DNA of 64,000 nucleotides from Hyphochytrium catenoides (Eukaryota; Protista; Hyphochytriomycota): the NCBI GenBank assembly GCA_900088475.1, contig FLMG01001143.1:1-64000 (forward strand), in the 5' to 3' direction. The first letter of the stretch is position 1; every line of letters starts with the position of its first letter. The position numbers and the translations under genes are program-made. Shown here one piece after another: positions 50,401 through 63,316 of the stretch. The notes beneath the pieces were generated by a model. The model was not told the DNA's origin. It ran no database searches and worked only from the letters and a program-made list of their open reading frames with translations.

Positions 50401-51500
50401 CGCCTGTCCTTCTCAAGAAGTATCAGGCGCTTCTCAAGAAGCTCCCTTTGCCCTAGGGATTGTTTAGAACATGAGTACGTGAGGTTCAGGTAATTGAGTT
50501 TCTTCTTACCGTTACTCGCCTCTGACGTGTCGGTAAACGAGGTCAGGTTGGCAAGGGCAAGCTTAGTCTCTCTAATTTTCTCTTCCTGCATTGAGCGTAT
50601 CTGCCTCATGCATTCCGTTACTTCCAAGATCGTCCAACCACGGAACTCTTGAAAGAGCTGCTGGAAGGAGTTTAGCTTCTTCTCTTACAGCTCCTTGACG
50701 TATAAGCTAATACATGCCTTACCTTGCCCTCAAGGAAGCCCTTGCGGATATGAGGGTGGACCACATGGTCCATCCCCGCGGGTTCGGAAAACCCGATACC
50801 CATAGAGAGGCGGTGGTGCTCAACAGGCGTTGGACATTAGCTTCAACCTACGTTTGGAAATTAAGGTGCGTTCTCTTTCTTTCGCTTGCCTAGCGTAGGT
50901 GAAGAGATGCTTCTATCCATCTCCCCACATACCATTTGCCCTTCCTCATTTTCCTGGGCATACTCCTCTCCACGGATCTGTGGGAGGCTCGGTCTAAGTA
51001 GACCATCGAGATGCCATTCCCCAATGGGGTCAATCAAAGCGGTCGATATCCTGCCGCGCCTGCTGCGCTAGCATTATATCTGGCTAACTTGGCTATCGAA
51101 CCTAGGACGCGATAAAGTGCCAAGAGAAGCTTCAATCTTCAACCGAGGACTCCCGATGAAGCGTCATAAAAGGGGAATGTTTCCTATCAACCTTTCCATG
51201 AGGAAAACATTCCCTCTTCCTAAAGATATGTGTATTACCTGTAATTTCACAAATCTTCCTTCGGAAATCTTTCCGCCGGGTGTCCTTTCATATCTCACAT
51301 CATCAAATTTGTTGATTGGAATACCTTGATCAGTGCCATCAGCTCATCATTCATCAACGCCTGCCTGGACTGCAAACTGTTGGCAGATAACTAGAGGGAG
51401 ATCCTTGCTGAGCAGCGCGTCTGCATTGGTAGGGCATGACTAAGTAAAGGATGAGGGCCTAACCAAGAGTCAGACGAGCTAGAACCACGCTGCCTGCTGC
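38440..51500 (-). CDS. Large multi-exon protein: coiled-coil/EF-hand-like N-terminal part + Clu (clustered mitochondria) domain + LamG/concanavalin-like domain + C-terminal cysteine-containing LRRs
   Basis: A chain of minus-strand ORFs joined by short GT-AG introns. Clu motifs: NWHE, FMDVALKHAETIIDE, VPLQATIDICGFRV, LVLGTSDKG, NFARTFPPE, RFLRPE, EMHRRGINIRHLG, LILAEMVAR. LamG: PVGYWRF, WTHVVGSFDGTNVFLYVNG, PLRIGG...WDGMVAQVAVY. LRRs: LxxLDLSGCxxIT/SDxG. The 5' end (~50.7-51.5 kb) and whether the region above ~45.5 kb is the same gene are uncertain. Confidence 0.65.
38690..40340 (-). other. Cysteine-containing (FBXL/AMN1-type) leucine-rich repeat array
   Basis: LQTLNVSWCSALTDSGL, LQRLDLRGCELLTDRAV, LVKLDVSYCLQITSEGL, LYLAGCRRITDLGI, LEFLDLSGCELISNQGI, LERLDISNCYLVTDEGI and others. 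Confidence 0.92.
43050..45300 (-). other. Clu domain and Clu-central region
   Basis: Motifs listed for the parent gene occur in canonical order. Confidence 0.85.
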
Positions 51501-51915
51501 TCATTTTAATGGTGGTGAGTGATTGAGGGGCACCGCAACTTAAGATTCTTGGTCTTATAGTGCACCTAGTATCCGGCCTCTATGGGATCTTTAGGAAGCA
51601 TCCTTCTGAAATTTATATCGCCCACAGGATGAGATTCACTTTGTTAAAGATCAACCTGGTTTGAGGATGGTACGTGAGCAGTGCTTAGGTGTGTTCTTGC
51701 CAATAGAGTTGTCACTTGATTAACATCTGGTATATAATACGAGAACATGGGATGCTTGGGTCGGGGTCCACGAGCTGTCGGCTAGTTGCTATTGGGATCG
51801 CTTATTTAGGAAAGCTAGATCATTTGTTTGATTGCTGGGGTGCTACCCAATTTCTATCGCTGGATGGAAGTATGAATCAGTATATCGACAGTTGAGCCTA
51901 TCAGCCAACAGTGCC

Positions 51916-53231
51916 TCATAGGCCCAGGGCAGCTGCTCCCGCAGTCGTTCGTGGATCACAACCGGTCTGGATAGACGAGTTAGTAGTCATCAAGTTTTAC
52001 GGGCCGCAAGAAGGTAAGAACCTACCAGCCTTGGCCCTCTAATGTTGCTACAATCATTGGGCTTATGTCCAGTATAGTAGGGCGGGCTGTGATGATGGTT
52101 CAACAACAACTCCATATTTGCATCTCTAGCCGCATCCACAGGATGGGAGACCACTTTCTCTTTGTAGCACGGAATGTAGCCGCCGTATCCTGGGGGGAAG
52201 TTCGTCTCTCTTGTTGTCCCAACGTGTAAGTCCTATCATAGAGGAGCAAAATGGTTTTAGGAGTTCGAGTGAGAGCTTGCAGAAGCGAGGATCACATATG
52301 CTGTAAGCTCACTACTAACCGAGGTTGAGCTTTTCACCTCTAGTAGGCCTGTCTTTCTTTCGTATGGGCGATCCATATCCAGATAGTAGCTACTTTGCAG
52401 AGGTCCGCGATTAAGAACTCTTGGAGGCAGGTCGGATGCTGCCCAAACAGGATCCCCTAACCTCGCCAAAACAGCGGTCTCGGCCTGTATGGAATCTAGC
52501 TCAAAGTCAGTATGGATTAAGGTTGAGAAGATTGTCGTAGGGCCTACAACCTTTTGCCGCCCTGACTGCTGCCTGGACCTCTGGAAGCGTAAGGGCTGTG
52601 TCCTCCTTCCGTTCTAAATACTTGGATACTTTTTTGAGCTCGAAATCCTTAAGAGGCCGTCGCAAAGCAGCACGAAGAATACTCTGTAATGCCGACAGTG
52701 GAACCGCACCTTGCTGTTGGCATTCACTTGTGTTGAAGGCATCTGCGAGGTCTGTCTCCTTCAAGTTAAGAAACTCTGTAGCATCCTGTTATGCATTCAA
52801 AAGAATGATCAGCTCTTGACCGCCCGCATCAAAATACTAATCTCAATAACCTCTTTGTAGTTCCTGAAGTCCGATGTATACAACGAAGTCCCGCTGAACT
52901 TGGGAGCATTGCCCTGTTGCGTCCTTGAGTCAGTCTCCTTTCGTCTGGATGACGGACTACTGGCGTAGTCTGATGGCTTGGTGTTGGAATAGGTCAACTG
53001 GGAATAGAAGGCATTGTCAGACAATACATTGAAGACCTCGACGGGTGAAATTATAGTGACCTCATGCATGGTTGTAAAGTTATTGTTGCCAAGGACGACA
53101 GGATCCCGCCTATATTGTGCTGAGCCTTTGAAGTCTCTGAACTTCTGATCTCGGGAGCTCTCTGTCTCACCAGGCTTCAGGGCTGCACAAGGGGTCATTG
53201 CGCTACTACGGAACCCTCCGTACTGACTCAT
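51916..53231 (-). CDS. Putative ciliary/flagellar microtubule inner protein (degenerate EF-hand pair + PYG-type motifs)
   Basis: Spliced product MSQYGGFRSS...TSLYTSDF...LADAFNTSECQQQGAVPLSALQSIL...QSSYYLDM...GTTRETNFPPGYGGYIP...SPPYYTGHKP...TTAGAAALGL*. Confidence 0.6.
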
Positions 53232-54526
53232 CTTTCACTTTGGTCTTCTTCTCTCCAGCTATAGCGCTAGTTACCTCTACACCTCCAGGCTGCTCATTGA
53301 CCAAGCCGCAGATAATGCCCTGATGCACGCTTCCACCAGCTGCGAGGCGAGTCGAAGGACAAGCTCGGCACTCAATCTCGCTCAAGCCTCCCGTCTACCA
53401 GAGGTTGAGAGAGCTCTTGAGGCTCAGATACAGATTGGTGCTGGGACAGAACTGCGATGATGATGGGATGACAGAGTAGATAGTAGTAGATCACGTATAG
53501 GCAATGTGATGCCATGCTCACCGAGGCTCAGACTATTTTCTATGGTAAATTGCTCTTCGACCAGCTTCAACCTCCCTCCTAAACCATCAAACCATCATGC
53601 TCATTTAGCATCTGGCAATGCTCATTCGGGATTCTGGAGATCAACGAAAAGTGTGAAACGCCTGGTCGTTTATGATATGAATGATACTATATACGGAATA
53701 TGGCACGATACCCTGTTGGCTGTTCCATTGACAAATCTGAGGTTCTTGTCGTTCACAAAGGAAGACAAAGAAATTTCCCTGTTAGCTGTTCTGCATTATT
53801 ACTCCTCGTCAACCTAGGGTCTGACTTGGGAGTTCCGTCCCGGCCCAACAGCGTACTATTCGCCTGGTGAGAAGATAGTTCAACTCATCTTTGTAATTGG
53901 GGTCATTCCGAATGAAAGATAGAGTTTGCCTGGTATTCCGGATGAGGCTTTGTGGTATATCAGATAAAGGATTGCAAGGTTTCTAAGAGAGAATTGATGC
54001 CATCTTCCAGCATCCTTTGTCGTTCCATCAGCCTGCCTGGCTTCTCTTCTCTTCTGTAATAAAGACTGGGACTCAAGAGTCCATCAGTGCTGTGACCTTC
54101 TTTGTAAGCTGCTGAGGCTTTGATGCAAAATGATCTTCAAGAAAGAAGTGCAGCAGATGTCGGGGAGAATTTGAGAAGGGACGCCAGCTGACCATCGCCG
54201 CCCACTAGTTTTTGATACACCTTCACTTTATAAACAACATAGTAACAAGCGCGGGAGAGCCCAGACAGGCCAGTTGGCGGCACGAGAACCAGATAGTGGA
54301 ATATTTGCATACGTTTGGAGAGATTGCCAAGGCAGAGGAAAGGAGAATGAGTTTGTAGAGGTCCTCATATTCTCTCCGCGATACTGGACTCGTGTTGGCT
54401 GCAGCACCTATTGGCAAGATTGGATTTCTGCAAAGGCCACCGCGACAAGCTACGGGGCTTCCAACATTAGTACCCCTTCCCGACAACAAAATCTTTGACT
54501 CTTCAGAAGATCCAAAGTACAACGTA

Positions 54527-55791
54527 ATGGGGAACACAGCGGGCCGAGTAGATGTAGACAAAGAGTTTGCTAGATATGTCCGACCTCAAGGGTAAGATTC
54601 TACCTGATGCAATGGGGTCCAGCTGACTGATTCTCGTTGCCTCCAGAGTTTACCAGTCCTGTGAGTGGACTGAAAGACAGATAGTTCCTCTAGTCGCTCA
54701 TCAAAGGCGACTCTGCCCATTGTATCCTCCATCGGAGACCGGAGTTTCCAATTCTGAAGAATGTCCGATCTGCTTCATGGTAAGTCCAGTCCCTCTACCT
54801 GGTCCCATGATTCTCTCTTAAAGTTCATTAAGCTTAGCCAAGCTAATAATGGGCGGTTTTAACATTACAGTACTATCCGGGGATAATCAATAAGACTAGC
54901 TGTTGCAGAAAGCCCTTATGCACCGAGTGCTTTCTTCAGATGAGACCTCCAAAGACTCTGGGAAGGTATCAGAGAGGTTTTGAACTGCTTGCAACTGTAG
55001 CGAGAACTAAGACTCTGCTGCGCTAGATGTCCTTACTGCACCAAGTGTCCCCTCAACGTAACTTTTTCAGGGCAGAGACCAAGTGATCCATCCATCCGCC
55101 TTGCGTTGGTATGGATAACTCCTTTCTAGATTGTGAGTGCGAGGGCGCGCTAACAACCAACCTAATCCGTCTGCTAGGCAAAAATGCACGATAAAACTAG
55201 GAAACAGCATCCCTTGAGTCGTGACACCGATGGACCCAGAATTCAGCTTGCGACTACCAAAGAGCGACAACAAATTCATCAAAGTAAGCGACACATGCCA
55301 CCTGGGTTTAAATTGCATCTGAAATGAGGCTAACTCCCTTGCCTCCTCTACTAGCGGCAACGCGCCAGTGCCAGGAGGTTGTTTTTGAAGCGTTGACAGC
55401 TTCCCGGGCCTCTAGAAGTAGCACTGCCACTAGCCAAGAAAGGAATCCACAAGATCTCTCCGTGGGCTCTTCCGATTTGATGATGATAGAGGAGATGCTG
55501 TTGATGGAGGCTATTCGCCAGTCTATGGCCGAAGTGCGTGTTGTTACTGAGGAAAGTCAAAGTGGAGCAATAGGCCCTGTCTTCGCTCCTTATCACTGCA
55601 CCATGGACAGCAGAAGAGATGAATCCAGTGGTTACAGAGGATCAGATCTGTCGCGCGGTCTGGAAGAGACCCTTCCCAAATCCGCAGAATGCCATCCCGC
55701 ACCCCATTCCGCTGGTACCACCTCTGACGTTAATGGGGTGAGGTACCGAGCGCAGCCCGCAGGTATTCGGTGTACGACCTCTGGCTCTTGA
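54527..55791 (+). CDS. DA2/GW2/Sip5-type RING-finger protein (probable E3 ligase)
   Basis: MGNTAGR start (myristoylation-like); YVRPQG/VY; LCPLYP; EECPICFM/YYPGIINKTSCCRKPLCTECFLQMR.../CPYC; later UIM-like EEMLLMEAIRQSMAE. The 3' end is approximate. Confidence 0.85.
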
Positions 55792-56666
55792 TCAACGGAT
55801 AGCAGCTTTATCGCACTTTTCTATTATCGGGCAAAACATGGATGGAGAGTAGCAGCTCTATCATACTGCACAACGCACCCACCACCGATTCCTGGTAAGG
55901 AATCCTGTAAATATAGTGTTCCTCAAGAAGGCTCCGCTACTACTCGTAACTGTAAAAAGTACTTTATATTTTGTTATTCTACCTTGAGGGCGGAGGAATG
56001 TAGACATGCAATAATGCAAGGAAGGAGGCCTAGGATAGGCGCAACCTATCGTTCTACAAGCGATAAAGCAGCTCCAGTCTCTGTCCTCCAGCAACAGCTC
56101 CTGGAAGCTGACCAGAACCGCGCCGTCAGGCTCGCTGGGGCAGTGTGTGGAACAGCATCTCTGCACTGTGTTGCAGGAGGACAGCGGTTCCTGCTGCTGG
56201 CAGAGAGAGAGAAAGGTCTGTCTTCTCGCATCACTTATTATTGCTCGAAAACTATGGCGCGGTACAGTGTTGCTACAGAAGCCAGAAGCTCGTATTTACG
56301 GAATCACATCACGTTGAATGAGGAATAGATGCATAAAACAAGCATATATCCGGAATCTTTAGCGCTGAGACGGATGTTCTGTGTGCTGTGCTGGGTGTTG
56401 GCGTTGCGGTGGGGTTCTGATCGGTCAACGGAGAGGATGATGTCTGGCGCTGCTGCGGGAGAGAGAAGCGAGTAGTTCCTAGTGTATAACCCTTCCTCAT
56501 TGCCCATCATCTCTAGTCCTCAAGACAGCCCCGCGCCTCACACAGTCAGTCCAGCGTATCACCATTTCTTGATCCTCGGCTTGTCGCGGGGCACCAGAAG
56601 ACAGAAATTCTAGTTCGGCGTCTGCTCCAAGAAAGTCTTCTCACAACATTCGAACATTAAACAAGA

Positions 56667-57451
56667 ATGTCTTTTCAAAGATCAGTCCGCGCTACTTGGA
56701 GCCCGTTTCGACGACTCTTGAGCGGGACTATTAAGGTAGATGGTTCGTCATCCCTTTAAAACCCAGTAGGTGCATCGATATGCTAATCCATTCACTTGAC
56801 CGCATTAGGATAAGCGCCTTATTCCAGCAGTTTCCCATCGAATCCAGAGCTGCGGCGGACGTGGCCATACACTGAGAAGTCCATTATGGTCATCTTCTTC
56901 CAGGCCATTTTCGGTCATAGCTCGTAAGTTCGCTCCATGGTCGATCATGACAATGTAGTCCTCATAAATCAATCATGTTGCACACTCATCTACAGATGGC
57001 GGCTCCGATGACTCTGAGCAACTGCCAGGCGATGATATGACGGGAATGCCCCCTGGGGCAACAAAGGGAGGACCCAAAATGATCATGATGTACACATGCA
57101 AAGGTGGGAGTACTCTAGTGGGCTTTATTGCTGTGCATGCCTAAAGCCACATTTCTCTTCATACCTTGCCCTTCAGTGTGTGAGACAAGAGCTGCTAAGA
57201 CCATCAGTAAGATAGCCTATGAGGAGGGAGTAGTCCTCATCCGATGCCCTGGGTGCGAGAATCTGCATCTGATAGCGGACAGATTAGGGTGGTTCGAGGA
57301 TGAATCCTGGGATGTTCAGAAGCTTCTTGCGGAGCGAGGGGAGCATTGCCAAGTTGTCACTGAAGACAACATCCTGGAGTTAACAGTCAAGGATATTGCA
57401 GGGCATGATATGCCACTTCCAGGTTCACCTGACCCCCAAAAAAGCGTTTGA
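56667..57451 (+). CDS. DNLZ: Mitochondrial DNL-type zinc-finger Hsp70 escort protein (Hep1/Zim17/DNLZ family)
   Basis: Arg/Ser-rich presequence MSFQRSVRATWSPFRRLL; MMYTCK/VCETRAAKTISKIAYEEGVVLIRCPGCENLHLIADRLGWF. Confidence 0.9.
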
Positions 57452-58704
57452 ACCCACGCGCTAGCTGGTAGACTACGCGAGCGATGGCCAACGATTCGCC
57501 ATGGACGAGTCAAGGAACTACCATGGAGCTATGGGGCTTGGGTTGACGATGAGAGTCTATTCTGGAAAGGATATCTTAGCAGGGAGGAAGTAAGGAAAAA
57601 CCTTTTGCCGGTTGGAGTTGCAGTCGGCGGGGAGATGTCAGGGAGAGGTATACGAAAGCACAAGAGGTTCAGAAGTCGAATTCTCCTTTAATATTTATTA
57701 TCACGAGGCGGTCCATTGCTGACCCTTCAATTCGAAATGTAAATGATTGGGTCGTTTCTGGCTTTGGTGCCAGCGGCAAGCGGCAGCGACGGCATAGTGA
57801 AGACTGAGAGAATAGGAAAGAAGCCTACTACTACTATGAGAGACCGCGCTCTTAGTTCAACCTTGAAGCTAACGACTCTTTCTCTATCTGCTGTACAATC
57901 TGTGAATGACCTGGCTAGCTCCATCCGTCCACGGAAGGATGAGGTTCAAACAATGCCTGTTTAGACCTCGAAACGTTCATGTCGTAGACTTGACTTTTCT
58001 GATAAATGACTTGACCTTTCGTGTTGAAGAAACGAATACCTACCGCGACCGTAGGTTCTGGAGCCCATCCCGCACAGTCAAACGAGTCCATCTTTTGGAG
58101 GGTGACTTTTAGTGCTCGACGACTATCACTGTTCCGGCCTACAGAGAACAGAGAAATCTTCACTAATAATAACAATGCCCTATTATAATTGAAGAAGGAT
58201 GCAAGTGAGAGCGGTGAGTGTGACGGACGCTGGGTGGCAATGCTGATGATGTGTACAAGTACGCAAAGAAGAGTTGTTTTGTAGTAGTAAATTAGCTTGT
58301 ATTCGTGAAGTGAGAAAGAACAGACAAACATACACACACGCAAAACTCTTGTTGTTTGTAAAGGAGACTGATAAGAAAGCGGCCAAGTGTGGCAGATGAT
58401 GAGGAGATACATGTTCCATTCATAGAGACACGAGATCTGGCTTATCTATGATTGAGGCTGATGTGGGAGGAACTGATCCGCAGGTGTGCCGTGCCTTCCA
58501 AGAGTGCTCATTGCTCCAGAGATACTAACAGCTTATTAGCAGCCTGACGCACTGAGAAAACGACCAGCTGACTGCTTTGAGCTCTCAATGAGAACATTCG
58601 ACTGTGCGTGACATCCTTCTGATATACGCTCAAGCGCCAACAACTGCGTTCCGAAGCGGGCATCTTAGGCGCATCGATTACGGTCGGCAGTCGCGTAACC
58701 TGTG

Positions 58705-60000
58705 ATGGGCTCAGATTCTGTCCCTCCTGCCCTTTCAATACCGGCTGAAGGCGAACAGTCCTCTCCATCCTGCTCTGCAGTGACAGACTTCAAGGCAGCC
58801 CTACCTCCCATCAACGTTTATCATGAGCCGATACAGTCGCTAGAAGAGTACCTCAATCACTTGGAGCTGGATAACCTTCTAGCGGATGAGACTAGGAATT
58901 TGGTAAATGAGAAGGCGCAGCAGCTAAAGACTATATCCAACCTGAGTGCCCTGCTGGCTGGCTTTACAACGATGAATGTGGTGCAAATCAACCTTACTGG
59001 CTCGGAGCCTGAGTGGGTGATGATCTGCTTTGGCGTAACAGCCTCAATTGGAGTAAGATTTCAGCCAATGGCTCCTCATCCCAGACACTTTTCACATCTT
59101 TTGATATCTGAGTTCTGCTACTAGAGTCATCATCCTCACGGACATTGCTCCAACCATGTCGCCGTCCTTCTCTTCACAAGCGGCCTCCGCCATTGTCACG
59201 TAGACAGCCCTTGTTCAACTCTGTAAGCTTAGTTCTCTTCGCATGGTGTCCCTCTCCTGCTTTAAGTATCAATGTCCTTCTCAAACTAATTCTCTGTCCT
59301 TTCTGAACTATGCAGACCGGGCTTTTGCTGCTAGCAATGGTCAGCTGCTCCCTGATCCTTGTTGGGGTCTACCGCTATGATTGCAAGAAGAGAGAGGTAC
59401 CCTTTGAAGAGTTTTGGAAAAAGAGGTTCGTGCTTCTTTGAACTACTGCCCTTCTTGAAGCGATACGACTAACTGAGGTAACGTCTTCTGCGGGACAGGT
59501 GTGAAGGCGACTTTCGGACAGCCTTTGTCTACTTCTCTTGGGGTGAGTACTTTGAGCATACTGCGGTGTGTGGAGTTCGTCTTCTGTGACCGGTTACACC
59601 ACTACTCTTCGTCTACAATGGTCCCACCGTTATAGACTCTAGTTTGCCTATTCCTATTCATCGCACTGTTCCCACTGTCTGTCCGCAGGCCGTTCTCTTC
59701 TCGCATGACTAATCCTCCTATTTCATCACTGCAGGGGTACCATGCTTTCTCCTCAACTTCATATTCTGTGGCGTTATTGTTTACAGAGCCTCCCTGCCAA
59801 CCATCATCACCACCTCTGCCATCTCAGTTCTCTCTTTGGTAATCTGGTGGTTCAGGGTAGAGAGTAAATGGAGCGGCTTCCTCACATCCTCAAACTCCAA
59901 CTTACGGCATCATGTGCCTGCTCAGCCCTCTGGGGAAGACTATTTGCACGGGGAAACTCCCAAAAGGAGGAAGTTCAGTGAGCAGGAAAAGAACCCTTGA
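58705..60000 (+). CDS. Orai-family (CRAC) calcium channel subunit, paralogue A
   Basis: TM1 QQLKTISNLSALLAGFTTMNVVQINL; TM2 ICFGVTASIG/TGLLLLAMVSCSLIL; FEEFWKKR/CEGDFRTAFVYFSW/GVPCFLLNF; TM4 TTSAISVLSLVIWWF; stop TGA 59998-60000. Confidence 0.82.
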
Positions 60001-60093
60001 TATTGACGTTATGAAGCCTCAAGTAAGGTTTAGCCGGTCATCGGCCCTCTGTTGTGGTATCCCACGTCCTGTTAAGGACGAAGCAATGCGCTA

Positions 60094-62574
60094 TTACTTA
60101 GAGCCAACGACACTGCTAAGTATATCCCGGATACCCTTAACTTTGCCAGCAAGAGAGGAGTCGAAAACCGTACAAACAAGGCCCTTCAGGAATTGGAAAC
60201 CCTTAGAAGAAACTGGGTACTGCAGAGGGCCTGGAATTGATGTGCGAATGAATGGGAAGATATCTTGCACCACGCTCTTCTGCAAGCACACATCACGTAG
60301 CCCTTCGTGTCCAGCAAAGCGTCCGAAGCCTGAATTCTTCACTCCCCCAAACGGTAAGGACTGAACCATGTAGTACGTGGCGAAGTCGTTGAGGGCTGTC
60401 ATTCCACATCTTAGTCCGTTGCCCAGCCTTTCCTGTCTCCTTCTGTTCTCTGAGAAGACAGAAGAGCCAAGTCCATAGTTGCTGTCATTGGCAAGGCGGA
60501 GGAGCTCTTCATCGTTCTTAACCTTGATAATTGACATAACTGGTCCAAACACCTCCTCCTTGGCTATCCTCATATCAGGCGTTACCTGCGATGTTATTGT
60601 GAGGGAGGTTGTCAGATATCTATCTAGTATTTAGCTTACCTAGCGGGGACTTGTGTCTGAAGAAATGGATAACAAAGAGCGTAACCTTTCGTTGGAAGGG
60701 AGGTGAAGGTGATGGAGAGAGGATTTCGCCTTATCAAAGGCATGAAAGAGACCTAGCAGGACAAGAGGAAGCGTGGAGAAGACAGAAAGCAGCTGATACT
60801 CACATCAGCCAATACCGTAGGTAGATAAAACAACCCTTTCAAAGCCTCGTTCCTCTTTCCGCCAGCCAGCAGCTTGGCACCGCGCTGTACAGCATCATCC
60901 ACCAGCTCCTGAATGATCTGCAGCTGGGCCGGCATCACCATAGCTCCCATATCAACAGTCTCTTTCCCAAGGGGATCGCCTTGGCGTAGCTTTTTGACCA
61001 CCTCGGTTACTTCCGAAAGAAACTCTTCATAAATCTTCTCGTATACGAAGACACTGCAATGTTATCATCGCCCAGAAGTGAGACAGATATGGCTTTAAAG
61101 ATTCCCAAGAGTAGATCACTCTACCCAAGACAGGCATATAAGCAAGGTAAGGCTCTCTAGTGACTCACTGCCCCCTCTGTCTCTCTCTCTTAAGGCAAGC
61201 TTGACTCCACTGTTCTAGACGACACCTACCGTTCAATACCCACACAATTCTGGCCACAGTTTTGATATACGCCGCGCAGAATCACTGGTACAACCGTAGA
61301 AAGGTGGGCATCCTCGCAGATTACAGCTGGATCTTTGCCTCCCAACTCCAACGTGACAGGCGTGAGTGACTGGGCCGCCCTGCCCATTACCAGCTTTCCT
61401 ACCTAACAGACAAGTCGAAGGGGTCAGTGCGGGAAGCCAGATAACATTGTAGCAACGAGGGCCTCTAGTAAGGAAGACAGCTATCCTATCCAACCCCATA
61501 GAGCTGGGTGGTTTCAAGCCCCCTTCCACCTACACTTTTTTCAAACCGCCCATATCTGCCTCCGTGCTTCTACAGTGAGTGTGCTGGCATCGGGACCCAT
61601 CTCTAAGCATATCTGGTCCGTCAGCTATGATATCTTACCTGAGGAGATCCAGTAAAAATTACTTTGTCCACAGAGTCGATTAGGGCTTCGCCAGCCTCCG
61701 CAAAGCCAGTCACTGTGAGCACCAGGTCTGGGTTATGTCCAGTCGCCCGAAGTGCTTCAGCCACGAAGCGCCCATAGTACTGAGAACTCCAGGCCGTGTG
61801 TTCCGATACTTTGGCAACGATGGCATTGCCTGCGAACAAACAGGAGAGAACGTGCGTGATCCAGTTCTGGAATGGATAGTTCCAGGGTGCAATTGTGCCG
61901 ATAACGCCCATGGGATGATACTCGACCCATGCACTTTTATAGATAGAGAGCAAGCCTGTGGGGCGATATTCTTGCTGGAGCGCTGCTTCTCCATGCCTAA
62001 GCAGGTATTCAACCTTTGCAAAGACAACCAGAACTTCACCAAACATAGCGTCAACCTTCGTCTTTCCTGAGTCTCTGCACGCAACCCGAACAATGTCATC
62101 TTGATGCTCTGCGATATATTTGGCAATGGTTGCTATAACACGGCGTCTCTCGGCGAAAGTAGTTTGACTCCATTCCCGTTGAGCAACCCGCGCTCGGCTC
62201 ACCAATTCTTTGACTTCATCTCTTGTCATCGCCTTGACCTCGCCGATGCGCCTCAAGGTGCTTGGATTGTAACACTGAATCATGTCCGGCCTTGTTTCCA
62301 GCTTGAGCGGCATATCTGGGTTTGCATCTTCTTCAGCGGCGTCATCACGGCTCTCGAGCTCCTGCAGGGGGACCGAGACCGAAGGTACCCGCTGCTCTGG
62401 AGATAGAAAGAGCAGGCGCTTGAGCAACAAGATTGCCACAAGGGCCACCACACCTCCCGCGATCCATTGGCTGTGCTCAAAGACGAGCACGGATAGCTCG
62501 GCAAAGGCGTTTTCGAGTAAGGTGCGGGAAGATTCTGACAGGATGCACGCAGACAAGCAAATGAAAACCATCAT
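60094..62574 (-). CDS. Aldehyde dehydrogenase, ALDH22/MSC7-like family, with N-terminal transmembrane segment
   Basis: [52 protein letters not shown] (catalytic Cys), [23 protein letters not shown]. The start codon is uncertain. Confidence 0.92.
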
Positions 62575-63316
62575 TGCGTGGTTAAGCAACCAACTGGTTG
62601 GTGATTGAAACAGGCAAATGAGCCCAGACGACTGAGTCACGGCAAGCTTCAGATAATCGTCTCGTCCGGTGAGGCGATGGCGCCACTATCCTTGAAGCCT
62701 TTATTCTTGAGTGCGTCCTAGGCCGCTGACCTTCCTCCTCTGAGTAAAGGCCTTTACTTTCTTGTCGACAGATTCTGAGGTGTGGGGCCAGCGCAGAAGT
62801 TTGGACCAGCTTCGCGCCTTCTTTTTCGTCTTCTACCCTAATATAAGGAAGCTTGAATTATAATCGGTTAGGACCTCTAGTTTTGGTAAATAGCTCAACT
62901 CTGTCTACTGAGAGCTGATTGAGAGTACAGTAGTGCCACAAAAAGTATTCTCCGCCGCAGCACTTCGTCTTACAAGGACTGTCAAAGCGGTTATTGATTC
63001 GTAATCTCGGCTATATCCCTGCTGTAAGCTGACCATTCGGACAGTCCCTGGAAAAGAGCCTTACCGTTACCGGTACGGCATGGCCTTGTTGTTCCCACTG
63101 CGGAAAAGTGAAGGGAAGCGGGATGTTGGCCCTAGTTGGGCAGCAGGCTGGACGTGATGAGTCTTCGTCTGGAAGCTTCGCAACGCATCCTTCCAAGGGC
63201 ATCTTCCCATATCGTGTGCCTTCCTCCTCCATGCTGCAGGGTAGAAACTGAGGTTAATAGCCTTAAGGAAAAGATCCTGTTATACTAGGTCTACAGCTGG
63301 CAGGGGGCTGGGCATA

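Noticed and set aside
50815-51350. Possible non-canonical GAG acceptors at the 5' end of the Clu gene
   Set aside because: Exon structure here could not be resolved by eye; needs RNA-seq.
55861-56510. Overlapping short ORFs on both strands between the RING and DNL genes
   Set aside because: No motif or consistent splice model; a small gene cannot be excluded.
57727-58419. Short ORFs and an imperfect GACTTGACYTTTC duplication near 57988-58021
   Set aside because: No homology visible, and the repeat is two short copies, not an array.
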